Origin: Thermoplasmatales archaeon
Lineage (GTDB): Archaea; Thermoplasmatota; Thermoplasmata; Thermoplasmatales; GCA-001856825
Length of the DNA stretch: 64,000 nucleotides
Assembly: GCA_027343225.1 (NCBI GenBank)
Contig: DAHWMK010000005.1
Location: 98,630-162,629, forward strand
Direction of reading: 5' to 3'
In this document: positions 9,775 to 19,447 of the stretch, in pieces
Numbering within the stretch: position 1 is the stretch's first letter
Layout: each line of letters starts with the position of its first letter
Notes under the pieces: generated by a model
Database searches by the model: none
Seen by the model: the letters and a program-made list of their open reading frames with translations, nothing else
Told to the model about the DNA's origin: nothing
Made by a program: the position numbers and the translations under genes

Positions 9775-11257
9775 TCTTTCCCAAATGGTTTATGATTAAA
9801 GAGGAAATAAATATTACAATCAAGAAAATCTCAGTCAGATTGTAAGTATCTCTGAGATCCCTAAGATAAAGCAGATTATAAATCCCGATCGTTATTGTCT
9901 CTGTCGACTGCGTATAGACGGTCACTATTGAAGAAAACTCTCCCATCACCGTTATGAACATTAGGGAGAGTATGGTCGACATCTCCCATTTTATCCTGGG
10001 TAGTTGAACTTTGAAAAAAGTTGCGAAGGGGGAGTCACCTAGGATTCTAGAAGAATTTGATTCTGAAGGCATGATTGTTCCGGTCGATTGGATCATCATC
10101 CTAAGATTTAGAGGTATTATTATGGCAGCAAAAATCAGGATGATGAGAATGCTAGTAGGAATGTGTTCCCCATAAATCAGGAAATATGAAAGCGCGAGAG
10201 TAACTGGGGAGAAGATCAACGGGAGAAGGATCAAGAATTGATTCCTGAGAGTTGGGCGATATACGGTAATAATAATCGATATCATAAATGCAATGAACGT
10301 GCTAGCAAAAGAGAAAAGAACTGTGTTACTGATTAAAGCGGAAAATGATATCTGCAGTTTTGAAGTGACGGAATGCAAGTCCAATAGCCATATCGGGTAT
10401 TTCACAAACATTCCAAAAAAAGGAACCGATATGAAAAATATGAAAAGGACTAGACCGACAAGAGCAACCACGTTATAGCGCTTTAGTGGGGGAGGGAGAT
10501 TTGAGTCATCTCTTCTTGATCTGGATCGAATCGTGAGGTATGCATACAGAGGAACTATCAGGATTGCGATTTGAATAAGCCCCAGTAGAGATGCGCCCGA
10601 GAAGGGGACTTGAGAAATGGTGGGAAGGATAGATTTCAGTTCGTATATCATAACCTCCATCGTGGAGTAGGATGGTCCTCCTATAATGAGTGGAAGGCTA
10701 AATCCCTCAAAAGAAAGAATGAATGTGAGTATTGCTCCCAGCATCCCCCCTCGAAGACTGCTCGGTAGGTAGAATTTAGAAATTATCTCTGAGTCCTTTG
10801 CTCCCAGCGTCTTTGCAGAATAGATCTCACGTAAGTTGGCAGAATTACCGGTCGAAAAAGCAAGAACGGAAATCATAGGAGCGTTGTATACTACATTCCC
10901 GTAGATTATTTCCCAAAACCTTGACGAGTATCCAAAAATCGAAATAATGCCAATTGCCATCACTATCCCTGGCATTACATATGTCACCAGCAGCAAGGAG
11001 ATAAAGATGTTTTTCATCTTGCCGTTGTATACTATCAACAGCAGCCCGAATAGAAGACCAACTGAAAGAGATATAATGGTTGATAATGTCGCTTGCATGA
11101 GTGATTGCTCAAGTGATGCCTTCAAAACTTCAATCATTAATCGGTCTAAGGACGAGTGATATGCGTAATATGCAAGATAGAGCAACGGAGCTATTACTAC
11201 GGCAACTGCGTATATGCTTACGAACGCAAGAGGCAGTACTCCTCTTCTAGCCCTCAA
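9752..11257 (-). CDS. thiP: Fused two-domain ABC permease (ThiP/FbpB-like, about 12 TM)
   Basis: 501 aa, a duplicated binding-protein-dependent permease architecture typical of ThiP/FbpB. Overlaps the binding-protein gene by 11 nt. Confidence 0.8.
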   Translation of the reverse strand: MRARRGVLPLAFVSIYAVAVVIAPLLYLAYYAYHSSLDRLMIEVLKASLEQSLMQATLSTIISLSVGLLFGLLLIVYNGKMKNIFISLLLVTYVMPGIVMAIGIISIFGYSSRFWEIIYGNVVYNAPMISVLAFSTGNSANLREIYSAKTLGAKDSEIISKFYLPSSLRGGMLGAILTFILSFEGFSLPLIIGGPSYSTMEVMIYELKSILPTISQVPFSGASLLGLIQIAILIVPLYAYLTIRSRSRRDDSNLPPPLKRYNVVALVGLVLFIFFISVPFFGMFVKYPIWLLDLHSVTSKLQISFSALISNTVLFSFASTFIAFMISIIITVYRPTLRNQFLILLPLIFSPVTLALSYFLIYGEHIPTSILIILIFAAIIIPLNLRMMIQSTGTIMPSESNSSRILGDSPFATFFKVQLPRIKWEMSTILSLMFITVMGEFSSIVTVYTQSTETITIGIYNLLYLRDLRDTYNLTEIFLIVIFISSLIINHLGKSGSVGQT

Positions 11258-12350
11258 TCGAGCTCCACTCTAGTGACCAAGTGCTTATGTTGTTGGCCGC
11301 AACACTCATGTTTAGGTAGAAATTCAAAGGGATTATTGATGAGACTGGAGGGTTTACCGAGTATACATGAGGCAAAATTATGTTTTCATTGGCTGGGTAC
11401 ATCCACTCATTGAGAGGTATAAGATTCTGGACTTTATTTCCTAGAAGCCAATTGACGAATTCTTCATCTATGTTATGATACTTAGAAGAATTGAGAATCC
11501 CAACTCCAAGTACCTGCATCCATGCATAACTTTTTCCGCCGTAATGGAAGGGAGTGGTTCCAATCGGAGACTCATTGAAGTATGCGTTGTAAGCCGGGTC
11601 TGTTGCATATGAAAAGAACATTTGCCTTTGACCATTTTCAAACAAGGTAAAACCGGAACTCCAATCAGAAGTTATCTGGATTCCCTTGCTTGATTCCCAG
11701 AATGTGGTCCAGTTTTCGTGAAGTATCCCGGTATAGAAGGCGATCTGACCAAGCAAGAAATCCTCTCCATTAATGTTCAGGGTGCCCGGGTTCTCAAGTA
11801 TGTATTGATTTGCAATGGTCGAATTGTAGAAATCAGAGAATGAGAGGTTCTGGATGATAGACGTGTTTATTGGTCCAGAAAGGTTGTAGTCCGTTGTCAG
11901 AGGCGAATACTCGTAGGGGATTACGTACCCAGACGACTGTATGAAAGAATAAAGGGTCTTGTTCACGTAAGATGCATTACTCACGTTGAAATGATAGAAA
12001 TAACCACTCTTCGCTGCTAAATAGGAGTCAAGATTGTTGAGTCCAATGACGATATCATAGCCGGTTCCCTTTGTCTCGACAATCTGACCAAACAAGTCGG
12101 TTGATGCATAGGATATCTTGATTTTTACGTGGTGCCAATTCTCAAAATTGTCAATCAGATACTTGAGAGTCTGATTTGGGTTTGCACCAGAATCGAAGAA
12201 GGAACCATAAGTCAGAATATTGATGGTTGGTTCCTGTGATGTCACAATATCCGGATAAGTAAAATATACCAGTGTTCCGGCCAGCACTACTAATCCAATA
12301 ACCACGTATACGACGTAGTTTGTCTTTTTCTTTATTATATCTTCACTCAT
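11247..12350 (-). CDS. thiB: Membrane-anchored substrate-binding protein of the thiamine/iron(III)/polyamine SBP superfamily; probably binds thiamine or a thiamine precursor
   Basis: 367 aa with an N-terminal signal anchor. First gene after the THI-box. The substrate assignment rests mainly on the riboswitch context. Confidence 0.7.
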   Translation of the reverse strand: MSEDIIKKKTNYVVYVVIGLVVLAGTLVYFTYPDIVTSQEPTINILTYGSFFDSGANPNQTLKYLIDNFENWHHVKIKISYASTDLFGQIVETKGTGYDIVIGLNNLDSYLAAKSGYFYHFNVSNASYVNKTLYSFIQSSGYVIPYEYSPLTTDYNLSGPINTSIIQNLSFSDFYNSTIANQYILENPGTLNINGEDFLLGQIAFYTGILHENWTTFWESSKGIQITSDWSSGFTLFENGQRQMFFSYATDPAYNAYFNESPIGTTPFHYGGKSYAWMQVLGVGILNSSKYHNIDEEFVNWLLGNKVQNLIPLNEWMYPANENIILPHVYSVNPPVSSIIPLNFYLNMSVAANNISTWSLEWSSIEG

Positions 12351-12445
12351 TTTTTTCCCTCCGCCAGTATTATCTGGGTCAGGTTCGACGGGTCGATCTC
12401 ATCGATCCTCTCAGCCCGCTTCGGCGAGCTCCCCTGTGATACTGG
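12351..12445 (-). promoter_or_regulatory. TPP (THI-box) riboswitch
   Basis: The reverse-strand RNA reads CACAGGGGAGCUCGCCGAAGCGGGCUGAGAGGAUCGAUGAGAUCGACCCGUCGAACCUGACCCAGAUAAUACUGGCGGAGGGAAAAAAAUG. This matches the conserved blocks GGGGnGC / GCUGAGA / ACCC / GAACCUGA / AUAAU / GCGnAGGGA in the correct order. Compensatory stems are present: P3 AGCUCG/CGGGCU and P5 CCAG/CUGG. Confidence 0.88.
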
Positions 12446-12550
12446 ATTGAAATAGCCTATAAAACTGTTGTTAACCCAATAAGCTAAATGCGGCTCTTGT
12501 GATTGGCCTACAGTCGGATAACATTTTATTATCACATATATTACCGTCAT

Positions 12551-14008
12551 ATGTTTATATCAAAGCTCGAAGAAGCTAAGATAGGATACACTTACGACGA
12601 CGTCCTATTGGTACCTGGTCCAAGCAGGGTCGAGCCAGTAGGTGTTAACGTTGAATCCTCACTCACTAGAAATATTAAACTCAATATTCCAATAGTCTCA
12701 TCCCCGATGGATACAGTCTCCGAGGCAGAAATGGCAATTGCTCTAGCGAGGCTAGGAGGAATAGGAATAATTCACAGAAATAACAGGAGGGAAGTACAGG
12801 CTGAAATGATCAAGAAAGTTAAGCGAGAAGAATCGCTTATTATAAGGGACCTATACACAGTCAGCCCAGGGACAACAGTGCAAGACGCAATAACGCTGAT
12901 GAGAGAAAAGAGGATTGCAGGTCTCCCCGTAATCCGCAATAATAAACTGGTAGGAATACTAACGAACAGAGACATTAGGTTCTTGAAAGGAAGCAACAAG
13001 AAAGTCGAAGACGTAATGACGAAAGAAGTTGTCACCGGAAAAGAGAACCTGTCTATGGACCAAGCACTTAGCATCATGAACGAAAGGAAAATAGAAAAAC
13101 TTCCACTGGTCGATGATTCAGGAAACCTTGTTGGTTTGATTACTGCGAAGGACATAATGAAGAGAGAGCAAGACCCGCTTGCAGTAAGGGATGAGGAAGG
13201 TAAGCTTTTGGTCGGTGGCGCGGTTGGAGCTTTTGACTTAGAACGGGCAAAGGTACTGGAGGAAGCAGGTGCGGATGTGATTGTAGTCGACAGTGCTCAT
13301 GGCCACAATCTAAATCTAATCGACTCAGTCAAAAAAATGAGGAGAGAAATAGATATCGACATAATAGCAGGAAATATAGCTACTTCTCTAGCTGCGGAAG
13401 ATCTTATCTCGGCAGAAGTGGACGGTCTCAGGACTGGTATTGGACCTGGCTCCATTTGTACTACCAGAATAGTTGCCGGAATAGGCGTTCCTCAGCTAAC
13501 CGCGGTAGCAGAAGTAGCAGAAATCGCAAATAAGCATGGTGTACCAGTTATTGCTGATGGCGGAATCCGGTACTCAGGAGATATTGTAAAGGCTATAGCT
13601 GCAGGTGCAAGCAGCGTAATGCTTGGGTCACTACTGGCAGGGACAGACGAAGCGCCTGGAACAGAAATTAACATCTCAGGTAGAAGGTACAAAACCTACA
13701 GAGGAATGGGCTCCTTAGGGGCAGTCATGGGAGGAGAAAATGACAGATACGGCAAAATAGGTTCGAGCAAGTTCGTGCCTGAGGGAGTGGAAGGAGCAGT
13801 GCCATACAAAGGAAAGGTGGCCGATACCGTATTCCAGTTGATCGGAGGATTGAAGTCTGGAATGGGATACACAGGTTCTCCAACAATTCAAAAACTCAGA
13901 GAAAGTGGAAGATTCATTCTTATAACTCAAGCAGGTATCAGTGAGAGCCATCCGCATAATGTGATGTTGCTAAGTGAACCACCAAACTACACAAACAGAA
14001 CCTTCTGA
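12551..14008 (+). CDS. guaB: Inosine-5'-monophosphate dehydrogenase with a CBS pair
   Basis: Catalytic loop [11 protein letters not shown], a CBS tandem, and [12 protein letters not shown]. The start is moved from 12503 to the ATG at 12551 ([23 protein letters not shown]). The upstream 16 codons overlap the divergent riboswitch/promoter region. Confidence 0.93.
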   Translation: MFISKLEEAKIGYTYDDVLLVPGPSRVEPVGVNVESSLTRNIKLNIPIVSSPMDTVSEAEMAIALARLGGIGIIHRNNRREVQAEMIKKVKREESLIIRDLYTVSPGTTVQDAITLMREKRIAGLPVIRNNKLVGILTNRDIRFLKGSNKKVEDVMTKEVVTGKENLSMDQALSIMNERKIEKLPLVDDSGNLVGLITAKDIMKREQDPLAVRDEEGKLLVGGAVGAFDLERAKVLEEAGADVIVVDSAHGHNLNLIDSVKKMRREIDIDIIAGNIATSLAAEDLISAEVDGLRTGIGPGSICTTRIVAGIGVPQLTAVAEVAEIANKHGVPVIADGGIRYSGDIVKAIAAGASSVMLGSLLAGTDEAPGTEINISGRRYKTYRGMGSLGAVMGGENDRYGKIGSSKFVPEGVEGAVPYKGKVADTVFQLIGGLKSGMGYTGSPTIQKLRESGRFILITQAGISESHPHNVMLLSEPPNYTNRTF

Positions 14009-14362
14009 AACATCGTGATCCAGTTGGGGCTGCGAGGTACGGGACTAGCTTCCTTTAGAGGTGCCATGTTTTGATGGTCGATTCGTTGACCAATAGGCCA
14101 GGGATTATGACAACCGTTCACTTTTAATCCTTAACTCTTCAATATTTACGCAATATAGCTAGGTCTATCTTCATTTCAAATACCAACTCCCTCGCATTCT
14201 TTGGGTCATCTATTGCAGTATTTTATGGACATATGGTAATTTTGGTTGCCCCAAGCTTAGCTACTGGAGTCGCCGTTCTCTTTCTAGAATACCAATATCA
14301 TAGATGGGTTACAGTTCCCTAAGTTTTAAATTGGGATCGATCGGAGGAGCATGAGATGAGCC

Positions 14363-14863
14363 ATGTTCCTAGGAATCAGATGTGCCTTTTGTATTTCTAA
14401 TCTGAAGAGAACTTTGGCAAGCAATATTCCCAGGTACATCAAATACTCAATTGTGAACGGCATTGGATTTCTTATAGTAGAGTTCTTCAGTTATTTGACT
14501 ATCGTGTTCAGCGTCAATGAACTCCTAGGAGTATCCATTGCTTATGGAATAAGCTTCTTTGTTACGTTCTTAATCAACTCTCTGGTCACGGTACGATCTG
14601 GAACGTCAGACAGGTCTCATATACCATACAGTAAATTCCATCTTTACGTTGTTTCGGGAACAGCAGCCAATGTTGGCTATATTTTGCTTCAGTTCGCACT
14701 CTGTGCTGAGCTAGGTGTAAGTCCATTAATCGGTAACATGTTAGGGGGCATTTATTACTCCTATGAACTACTACAGGATGAGGAAAGTGTGGAGAAAAGA
14801 AGTGGTATTCTGAATGATAATGAAAAAGGAGTCATGGACTCGTCCATGATCTTCGAGAGGTAA
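14363..14863 (+). CDS. GtrA-like small membrane protein
   Basis: 166 aa with 4 predicted TM helices and the GtrA-type N-terminus (YIKYSIVNGIGFLIVE). The hydrophilic C-terminal tail convergently overlaps the next ORF. Confidence 0.6.
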   Translation: MFLGIRCAFCISNLKRTLASNIPRYIKYSIVNGIGFLIVEFFSYLTIVFSVNELLGVSIAYGISFFVTFLINSLVTVRSGTSDRSHIPYSKFHLYVVSGTAANVGYILLQFALCAELGVSPLIGNMLGGIYYSYELLQDEESVEKRSGILNDNEKGVMDSSMIFER

Positions 14864-15093
14864 GGGAATATTTCCCTTACGAAGGGGATGATCTTCTTGC
14901 CTGCCACCTGATAGAGGAATGCAACGTTCCTGTAGTCATAGTCTCCTCTAATTTCAGTCAAGGACTGTTTTTTGACTATTCCTCTTATCGAGACTACTCC
15001 TAGATACTCATCCGTTATCTTCACCGCACTCTTCTTTTTGATGTCCCTGTGGCTGCTCACCCTATAGGCATAGTAGCGGCTACTGAATTCCAT
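14761..15093 (-). CDS. Hypothetical protein (110 aa), basic
   Basis: ORF only, with no family recognised. The last roughly 100 nt overlap the opposite-strand GtrA-like ORF, so one of the two 3' ends is probably over-called. Confidence 0.35.
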   Translation of the reverse strand: MEFSSRYYAYRVSSHRDIKKKSAVKITDEYLGVVSIRGIVKKQSLTEIRGDYDYRNVAFLYQVAGKKIIPFVREIFPYLSKIMDESMTPFSLSFRIPLLFSTLSSSCSSS

Positions 15094-15150
15094 TATCTCT
15101 ACTCCCCTTGGACTTCCATCTCTTGACCCAATCGGGAAGCACCATAAAAC

Positions 15151-15176
15151 GTATACAAATGTAATATGTATACAAA
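15151..15176. repeat. Direct repeat GTATACAAA-N8-GTATACAAA in a divergent promoter region
   Basis: An exact 9-nt repeat with a 17-nt period; each copy contains the palindrome GTATAC. It lies between the 110-aa ORF (-) and the thermopsin gene (+). Confidence 0.6.
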
Positions 15177-15327
15177 CAATTCTATGATCAGAACTGGTAA
15201 AAGACCATCAGGAATAGCCAAGTTCCAGGACAGAGACCAGAATAAAGAGATATCTATCCAGTAAAAAACAGTGAGTTAAGGTTTAAAAGCAAAAATTATA
15301 TCGAAATCTTCATTAACGGCCCAGGGA

Positions 15328-17409
15328 GTGGATTCTCTGCATAGACGACTGCATTTAATCATTGTAATCTCGGTTATGCTCTTGTTGATATTGACATCAG
15401 CCGGTACCATCGTCGAACATAGCCATCAAAATGAGTCGACATCCCATGTGAATCTTAGGGTATCACAATCGTACAACGGAGTGTTGGGTCTTTATAATAA
15501 GTCAAGCCAGCAAGTTGACCCGTACAGATCCTATATTTCTGAGCCCGCTCCCATCGGAATAGCCGATTATGGAATAGGAAATCGAGGGTTGCCATACAAT
15601 TATTCCACTTCCTCTTTCATGGGAAATGTCACCATCGAGTCCATCTCCATGTATAGCCCGTCAGTTCATTCATATAACGTGACCTTCCAGCTCAACGTAA
15701 ACCTAGTTTTCTCGTATCGTTCAAACCAATACGACTACTGGATACAGGACGTAGCCTATCTTAATACATCGTCTTTGCAGATAACTTTCATAGACAATAT
15801 ATGGAATCTATCAGCGCCCAACGCAAATATGTACAACTCAACCATATTAGGGAACGGAACGATCGGCAATACAGGAAGTAAATCAGGACCTTCACAGTTT
15901 TATTACGACTTCGCGAACTCTTCTCTACCAGGGAATAACATCTCGCTCACTACCAACTCTTCATTCTTACTGAAGGTAAATACAAACCTAGGGCCTGGGA
16001 ACTCTCCTGAGGTTTCGTTTCTATATAACGACGGGCATGGATGGGTTGTTTACGACAAAGCTGTTTTTTACTTTGCTTCGAAACTGAACCATAATCCCTA
16101 CTTTTATGTGAGTGGGTACAGCTACAACCCAGCAAATACTTACTATGATGCCGAACTCATAATAGGTGGACCTGGAAATTCAAGCCAGAGTGAAGACATC
16201 AGTTCTTCAATACTGCTTATGCTTGAATACTATAATGGAAATAACTACCAGACGATTCAGAATGCCTTCAATTTCGGAGGAGACACCGGTGAGACGGTCT
16301 ACAACGCAATTGGAGGATGGACTTATGGAAGCATCACAGGGAGAGTTGCCGCTTACGTTCAAGGTGGGTCAGGTCCACTTGGCCAACTATACAACTCTAG
16401 TGAACTCTCTTCTCTTAAGATAATCACGAACATATCAAGTGGAGCCTTGTACGTAAAAAGTCTCAACTATACTGGGAAACCGTTAAATGTCACTTCGTTC
16501 GTTGGAGGTATTCTCAACGTGACTCTTTTCCCCGGCAAATACTCCATCGAGATTTACGATTTTGCTACTGGAGAGGTTAAGAATTATGGAAGCGTCACAC
16601 TTTCAGCAGGTAAAGAAACTTTACTACCTAATAGTACGTACGAAGTTAGTTTCCAAGAAAATGGCCTTCCAGCAGGAGCATCGTGGTATCTTAATGTATC
16701 TGGAATAAATTCTGGTTCGATACTTACTGATCAATACTCCGTCTATCTCCACAATGGCACTTACAATTTTACGACATTCAGCACGGATAAAGATTATCGA
16801 GATCTTAATGAATCAGGAGTAATTGTGGTCAACGGTACTTCACTTCAGGTAGAGATTAGATTTGTACCGTATCTTTTCAACATTTCATTCGTGGAGTCTG
16901 GTCTTCCCAGTGGTACAATGTGGTCAGTATCCCTTAACGGAAAAGGAACTGTAAATTCCACTAATGATGTGATCAATTTTTCAGTCCCCAACGGGACTTA
17001 TAATTTTGTAATTCCAAGGACCGGTAACTATGCTCTCAACTCGTCAACTGGCACTGTCATCGTAAATGGAACAAATATAACCAAACTTGAAGTATTCCAA
17101 ATACTGGATGGCTACCTGACTGGAAAAATCAGGCCTTCTACCGCAGTGATTCTAGTCAATGGGACTTCTTACAATGCCATAAATGGCAAGTACAACATTT
17201 CCCTAAAACCAGGTAACTATTCTGTAAAATTTATCGCTCCAGGATACTTGAATTACACCACAAACGTAACAGTGACGTCTCTTAACTCTACGAATCTTAA
17301 GACCATCGAGCTGATTCAAAAATTCGATTACACATTCTTGCTCATAATCCCGCTAATAATATTCCTTGTTTTGGGAGCTTTAGTGATGCGGCATAGAAAA
17401 AAAAGGTGA
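15328..17409 (+). CDS. Thermopsin-family (peptidase A5) secreted acid protease with C-terminal repeat modules and a membrane anchor
   Basis: 693 aa. Signal anchor, thermopsin core blocks (EPAPIGIADYG, YWIQDVAYL, ELIIGGPG), very many N-x-S/T sequons, two roughly 75-aa repeats (F-x-E-[NS]-GLP-x-G-x-x-W ... NGTYNF ... VNGT), a carboxypeptidase-regulatory-like domain, and a C-terminal TM plus RHRKKR. GTG start. Confidence 0.82.
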   Translation: MDSLHRRLHLIIVISVMLLLILTSAGTIVEHSHQNESTSHVNLRVSQSYNGVLGLYNKSSQQVDPYRSYISEPAPIGIADYGIGNRGLPYNYSTSSFMGNVTIESISMYSPSVHSYNVTFQLNVNLVFSYRSNQYDYWIQDVAYLNTSSLQITFIDNIWNLSAPNANMYNSTILGNGTIGNTGSKSGPSQFYYDFANSSLPGNNISLTTNSSFLLKVNTNLGPGNSPEVSFLYNDGHGWVVYDKAVFYFASKLNHNPYFYVSGYSYNPANTYYDAELIIGGPGNSSQSEDISSSILLMLEYYNGNNYQTIQNAFNFGGDTGETVYNAIGGWTYGSITGRVAAYVQGGSGPLGQLYNSSELSSLKIITNISSGALYVKSLNYTGKPLNVTSFVGGILNVTLFPGKYSIEIYDFATGEVKNYGSVTLSAGKETLLPNSTYEVSFQENGLPAGASWYLNVSGINSGSILTDQYSVYLHNGTYNFTTFSTDKDYRDLNESGVIVVNGTSLQVEIRFVPYLFNISFVESGLPSGTMWSVSLNGKGTVNSTNDVINFSVPNGTYNFVIPRTGNYALNSSTGTVIVNGTNITKLEVFQILDGYLTGKIRPSTAVILVNGTSYNAINGKYNISLKPGNYSVKFIAPGYLNYTTNVTVTSLNSTNLKTIELIQKFDYTFLLIIPLIIFLVLGALVMRHRKKR

Positions 17410-17520
17410 CCAGTTTCAGACGATTAAGATTCTGATTGACTCAAGGTCTGACTCTTCTAATCACTTTTTCCACTCTCCTACCCCTATTGTACTACCTATG
17501 AACGTCGAAAGGAGCTCTGC

Positions 17521-19011
17521 CTAATTTTCATTCACGTACTTTTCTCTCAGGTATCTGATCAGATGACTCGGATTATACGTTTCCCCGAACGTTCGGAACA
17601 GGAGGTCTTTTGGCGAGTATATAGATCCAAATTTATGGATCTTCTGGTAGAGTGACCCCTTAATGCCAGCAAAATCATTGTCTCGTATCATTTGTTTATA
17701 ATTCCCAGAGTCCCAGACCATTCCTGCAACGACGTTTCCAAGGGTATACGTAGGGAAATATCCAAATCCGCCCTGAGACCAGTGAATATCTTGGAGAATC
17801 CCTTCTGAATAATTCTTGGGCCTTATTCCAATGTACTTATCCATCAGGTCATTCCAGGCTTCTGGAGAGTCAGAAACGCTCATCTTTCCGGATATTAACT
17901 GTTTTTCTATCTCGTATCTAACGGCAATATGGAAATTGTAGGTCACCTCGTCCGCGTCCACTCTTATCATGGTTGGATTTACCTTGTTGAAATATCTGTA
18001 AAGCTCATCGGAAGTATATTTGCTTAAGAATTTCAGATGTCGTTTGAGAATTGGTGTCACAAGCTCTGTAAACATCCTGCTCCTGCCTACAAAATTCTCC
18101 CAGAATCTAGACTGTGACTCGTGGATTCCAGTAGACGCTCCACCCCAGACAGGTGTTGTAGAAATATCTTCTGGGATCTGAAGATCATAGATTGCGTGAC
18201 CGGATTCGTGAATGGTTGAGTAGAGCGAAGCTTTGAAATTTACTCCTTCGTATCTTGTGGTGATTCTGACGTCATTCGGAGATATTCCGATTGTGAAAGG
18301 ATGTGTCGATATGTCCATTCTGAACCTATCTTTGGGCATAAGTAGTAGGTCGACTATTTCTGAGTTAACTTGATACATTTTCTTAGTGTCATATTTTTTG
18401 GATTCCAGTTCGTGTTCGCCTGAGAAATAAGCTCTCTGAGACACTTTATCAAATATCTCTTTTGAAGCGGGTAGTAGAAAAGAAAAAACTGCATCTGCAT
18501 CATCTGTTGTAAACCCCTCTTCGTACTGATCAATAAGTGCATTGTATGGGTGATTCTTATAGCCCAATTTTTCGGCTATTTCTCGCTGGATTTCTACTAT
18601 TTGTTCTAGGTAAGGTTTGAAAATGGAGAAATCAGATACCTTCCTAGCCTTTCTCCATACAATCGCCGCTTCTGCAGAAGTTCTATCCTGTCTTGCCAGC
18701 AGCTCTGGAGGTATTGCAGTAAAATAGTGAATCCTCCTGTTAAGTACCCTCAGGATACCTCTCTCGGGATCGGAAAGATCGTGTTTCTCCTGAGCTCTTT
18801 TCACTTTCTCTTTCAATGGGAGATAGGCTTCCTGTTCCATCAAAGACAGTCTTGCGTATGCGTCTCCTCTTCGTTTAGCTGCCGCTTCTGGCATATAGGT
18901 CTCGAGGTCCCATCCCATAAGACTTTGAGCTTGCCTAATTGACCAAATTTTATCATAATCTGCCAGAATCTCATTTATCAGTTCATTCATAGAACAAGAA
19001 TCCGCTTCCAA
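17521..19011 (-). CDS. Carboxypeptidase Taq-type metallopeptidase (M32)
   Basis: 496 aa. HESGHA (HExxH) plus the M32 motifs HPF (STHPFT), DVRITTRY, IRVDADE and GILQDIHWS. Confidence 0.9.
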   Translation of the reverse strand: MEADSCSMNELINEILADYDKIWSIRQAQSLMGWDLETYMPEAAAKRRGDAYARLSLMEQEAYLPLKEKVKRAQEKHDLSDPERGILRVLNRRIHYFTAIPPELLARQDRTSAEAAIVWRKARKVSDFSIFKPYLEQIVEIQREIAEKLGYKNHPYNALIDQYEEGFTTDDADAVFSFLLPASKEIFDKVSQRAYFSGEHELESKKYDTKKMYQVNSEIVDLLLMPKDRFRMDISTHPFTIGISPNDVRITTRYEGVNFKASLYSTIHESGHAIYDLQIPEDISTTPVWGGASTGIHESQSRFWENFVGRSRMFTELVTPILKRHLKFLSKYTSDELYRYFNKVNPTMIRVDADEVTYNFHIAVRYEIEKQLISGKMSVSDSPEAWNDLMDKYIGIRPKNYSEGILQDIHWSQGGFGYFPTYTLGNVVAGMVWDSGNYKQMIRDNDFAGIKGSLYQKIHKFGSIYSPKDLLFRTFGETYNPSHLIRYLREKYVNEN

Positions 19012-19447
19012 GATATAGTTTTAATTTTTTTTACGCTAGTTTCAACCCAAAATAGGAGTTTCAGATGAGCACTATCACTGAACAAGGCGTAAGTTTATTA
19101 GATGCTTGTGAAGATCGTTACATGCTTCCAACTAATACCATTCTATATGGTAGAGCGCTGCTTTATCTCTAGAATTATGTGAAGATGTGTAAGATTTGAG
19201 AAAGTTTCTCTATATTCTTCACCATAGGAAGGATACATAAAGCCAAAGCTTAAGTTCGCTAATTCCATTAAAAAAAGTGGCATCTCATCGGCTCGGGTGC
19301 GGATCTAGGGACCGGAGTTTTGAAACGGAATATAATGAGAATGTTCGTATTGGAAATACTATGGGATTCCTCTCCTTGAAGGGGAAAGGAACTCGTGCTG
19401 GGGCAGATTTTTCTGTGTTCTGACGGGGAATATCAGAGGGTCGAACC

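Noticed and set aside
12347-12550. 67-aa ORF in the track (MTVIYVIIKCYPTVGQSQ...)
   Set aside because: It lies exactly over the TPP riboswitch and the guaB/thiB divergent promoter. Its 'protein' is the translation of conserved aptamer blocks, so it is not a gene.
12503-12550. N-terminal 16-codon extension of guaB (MAYSRITFYYHIYYRH)
   Set aside because: IMPDH homologues begin near MFISKLEEA..., and the extension would run through the AT-rich promoter region. The ATG at 12551 is preferred.
19065-19172. 35-codon ORF (MSTITEQGVSLLDACEDRYMLPTNTILYGRALLYL) with an upstream GGAG; also a 29-codon hydrophobic ORF at 14233..14322
   Set aside because: Too short to support from sequence alone, with no recognisable family. 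Conservation or ribosome-profiling data would be needed.
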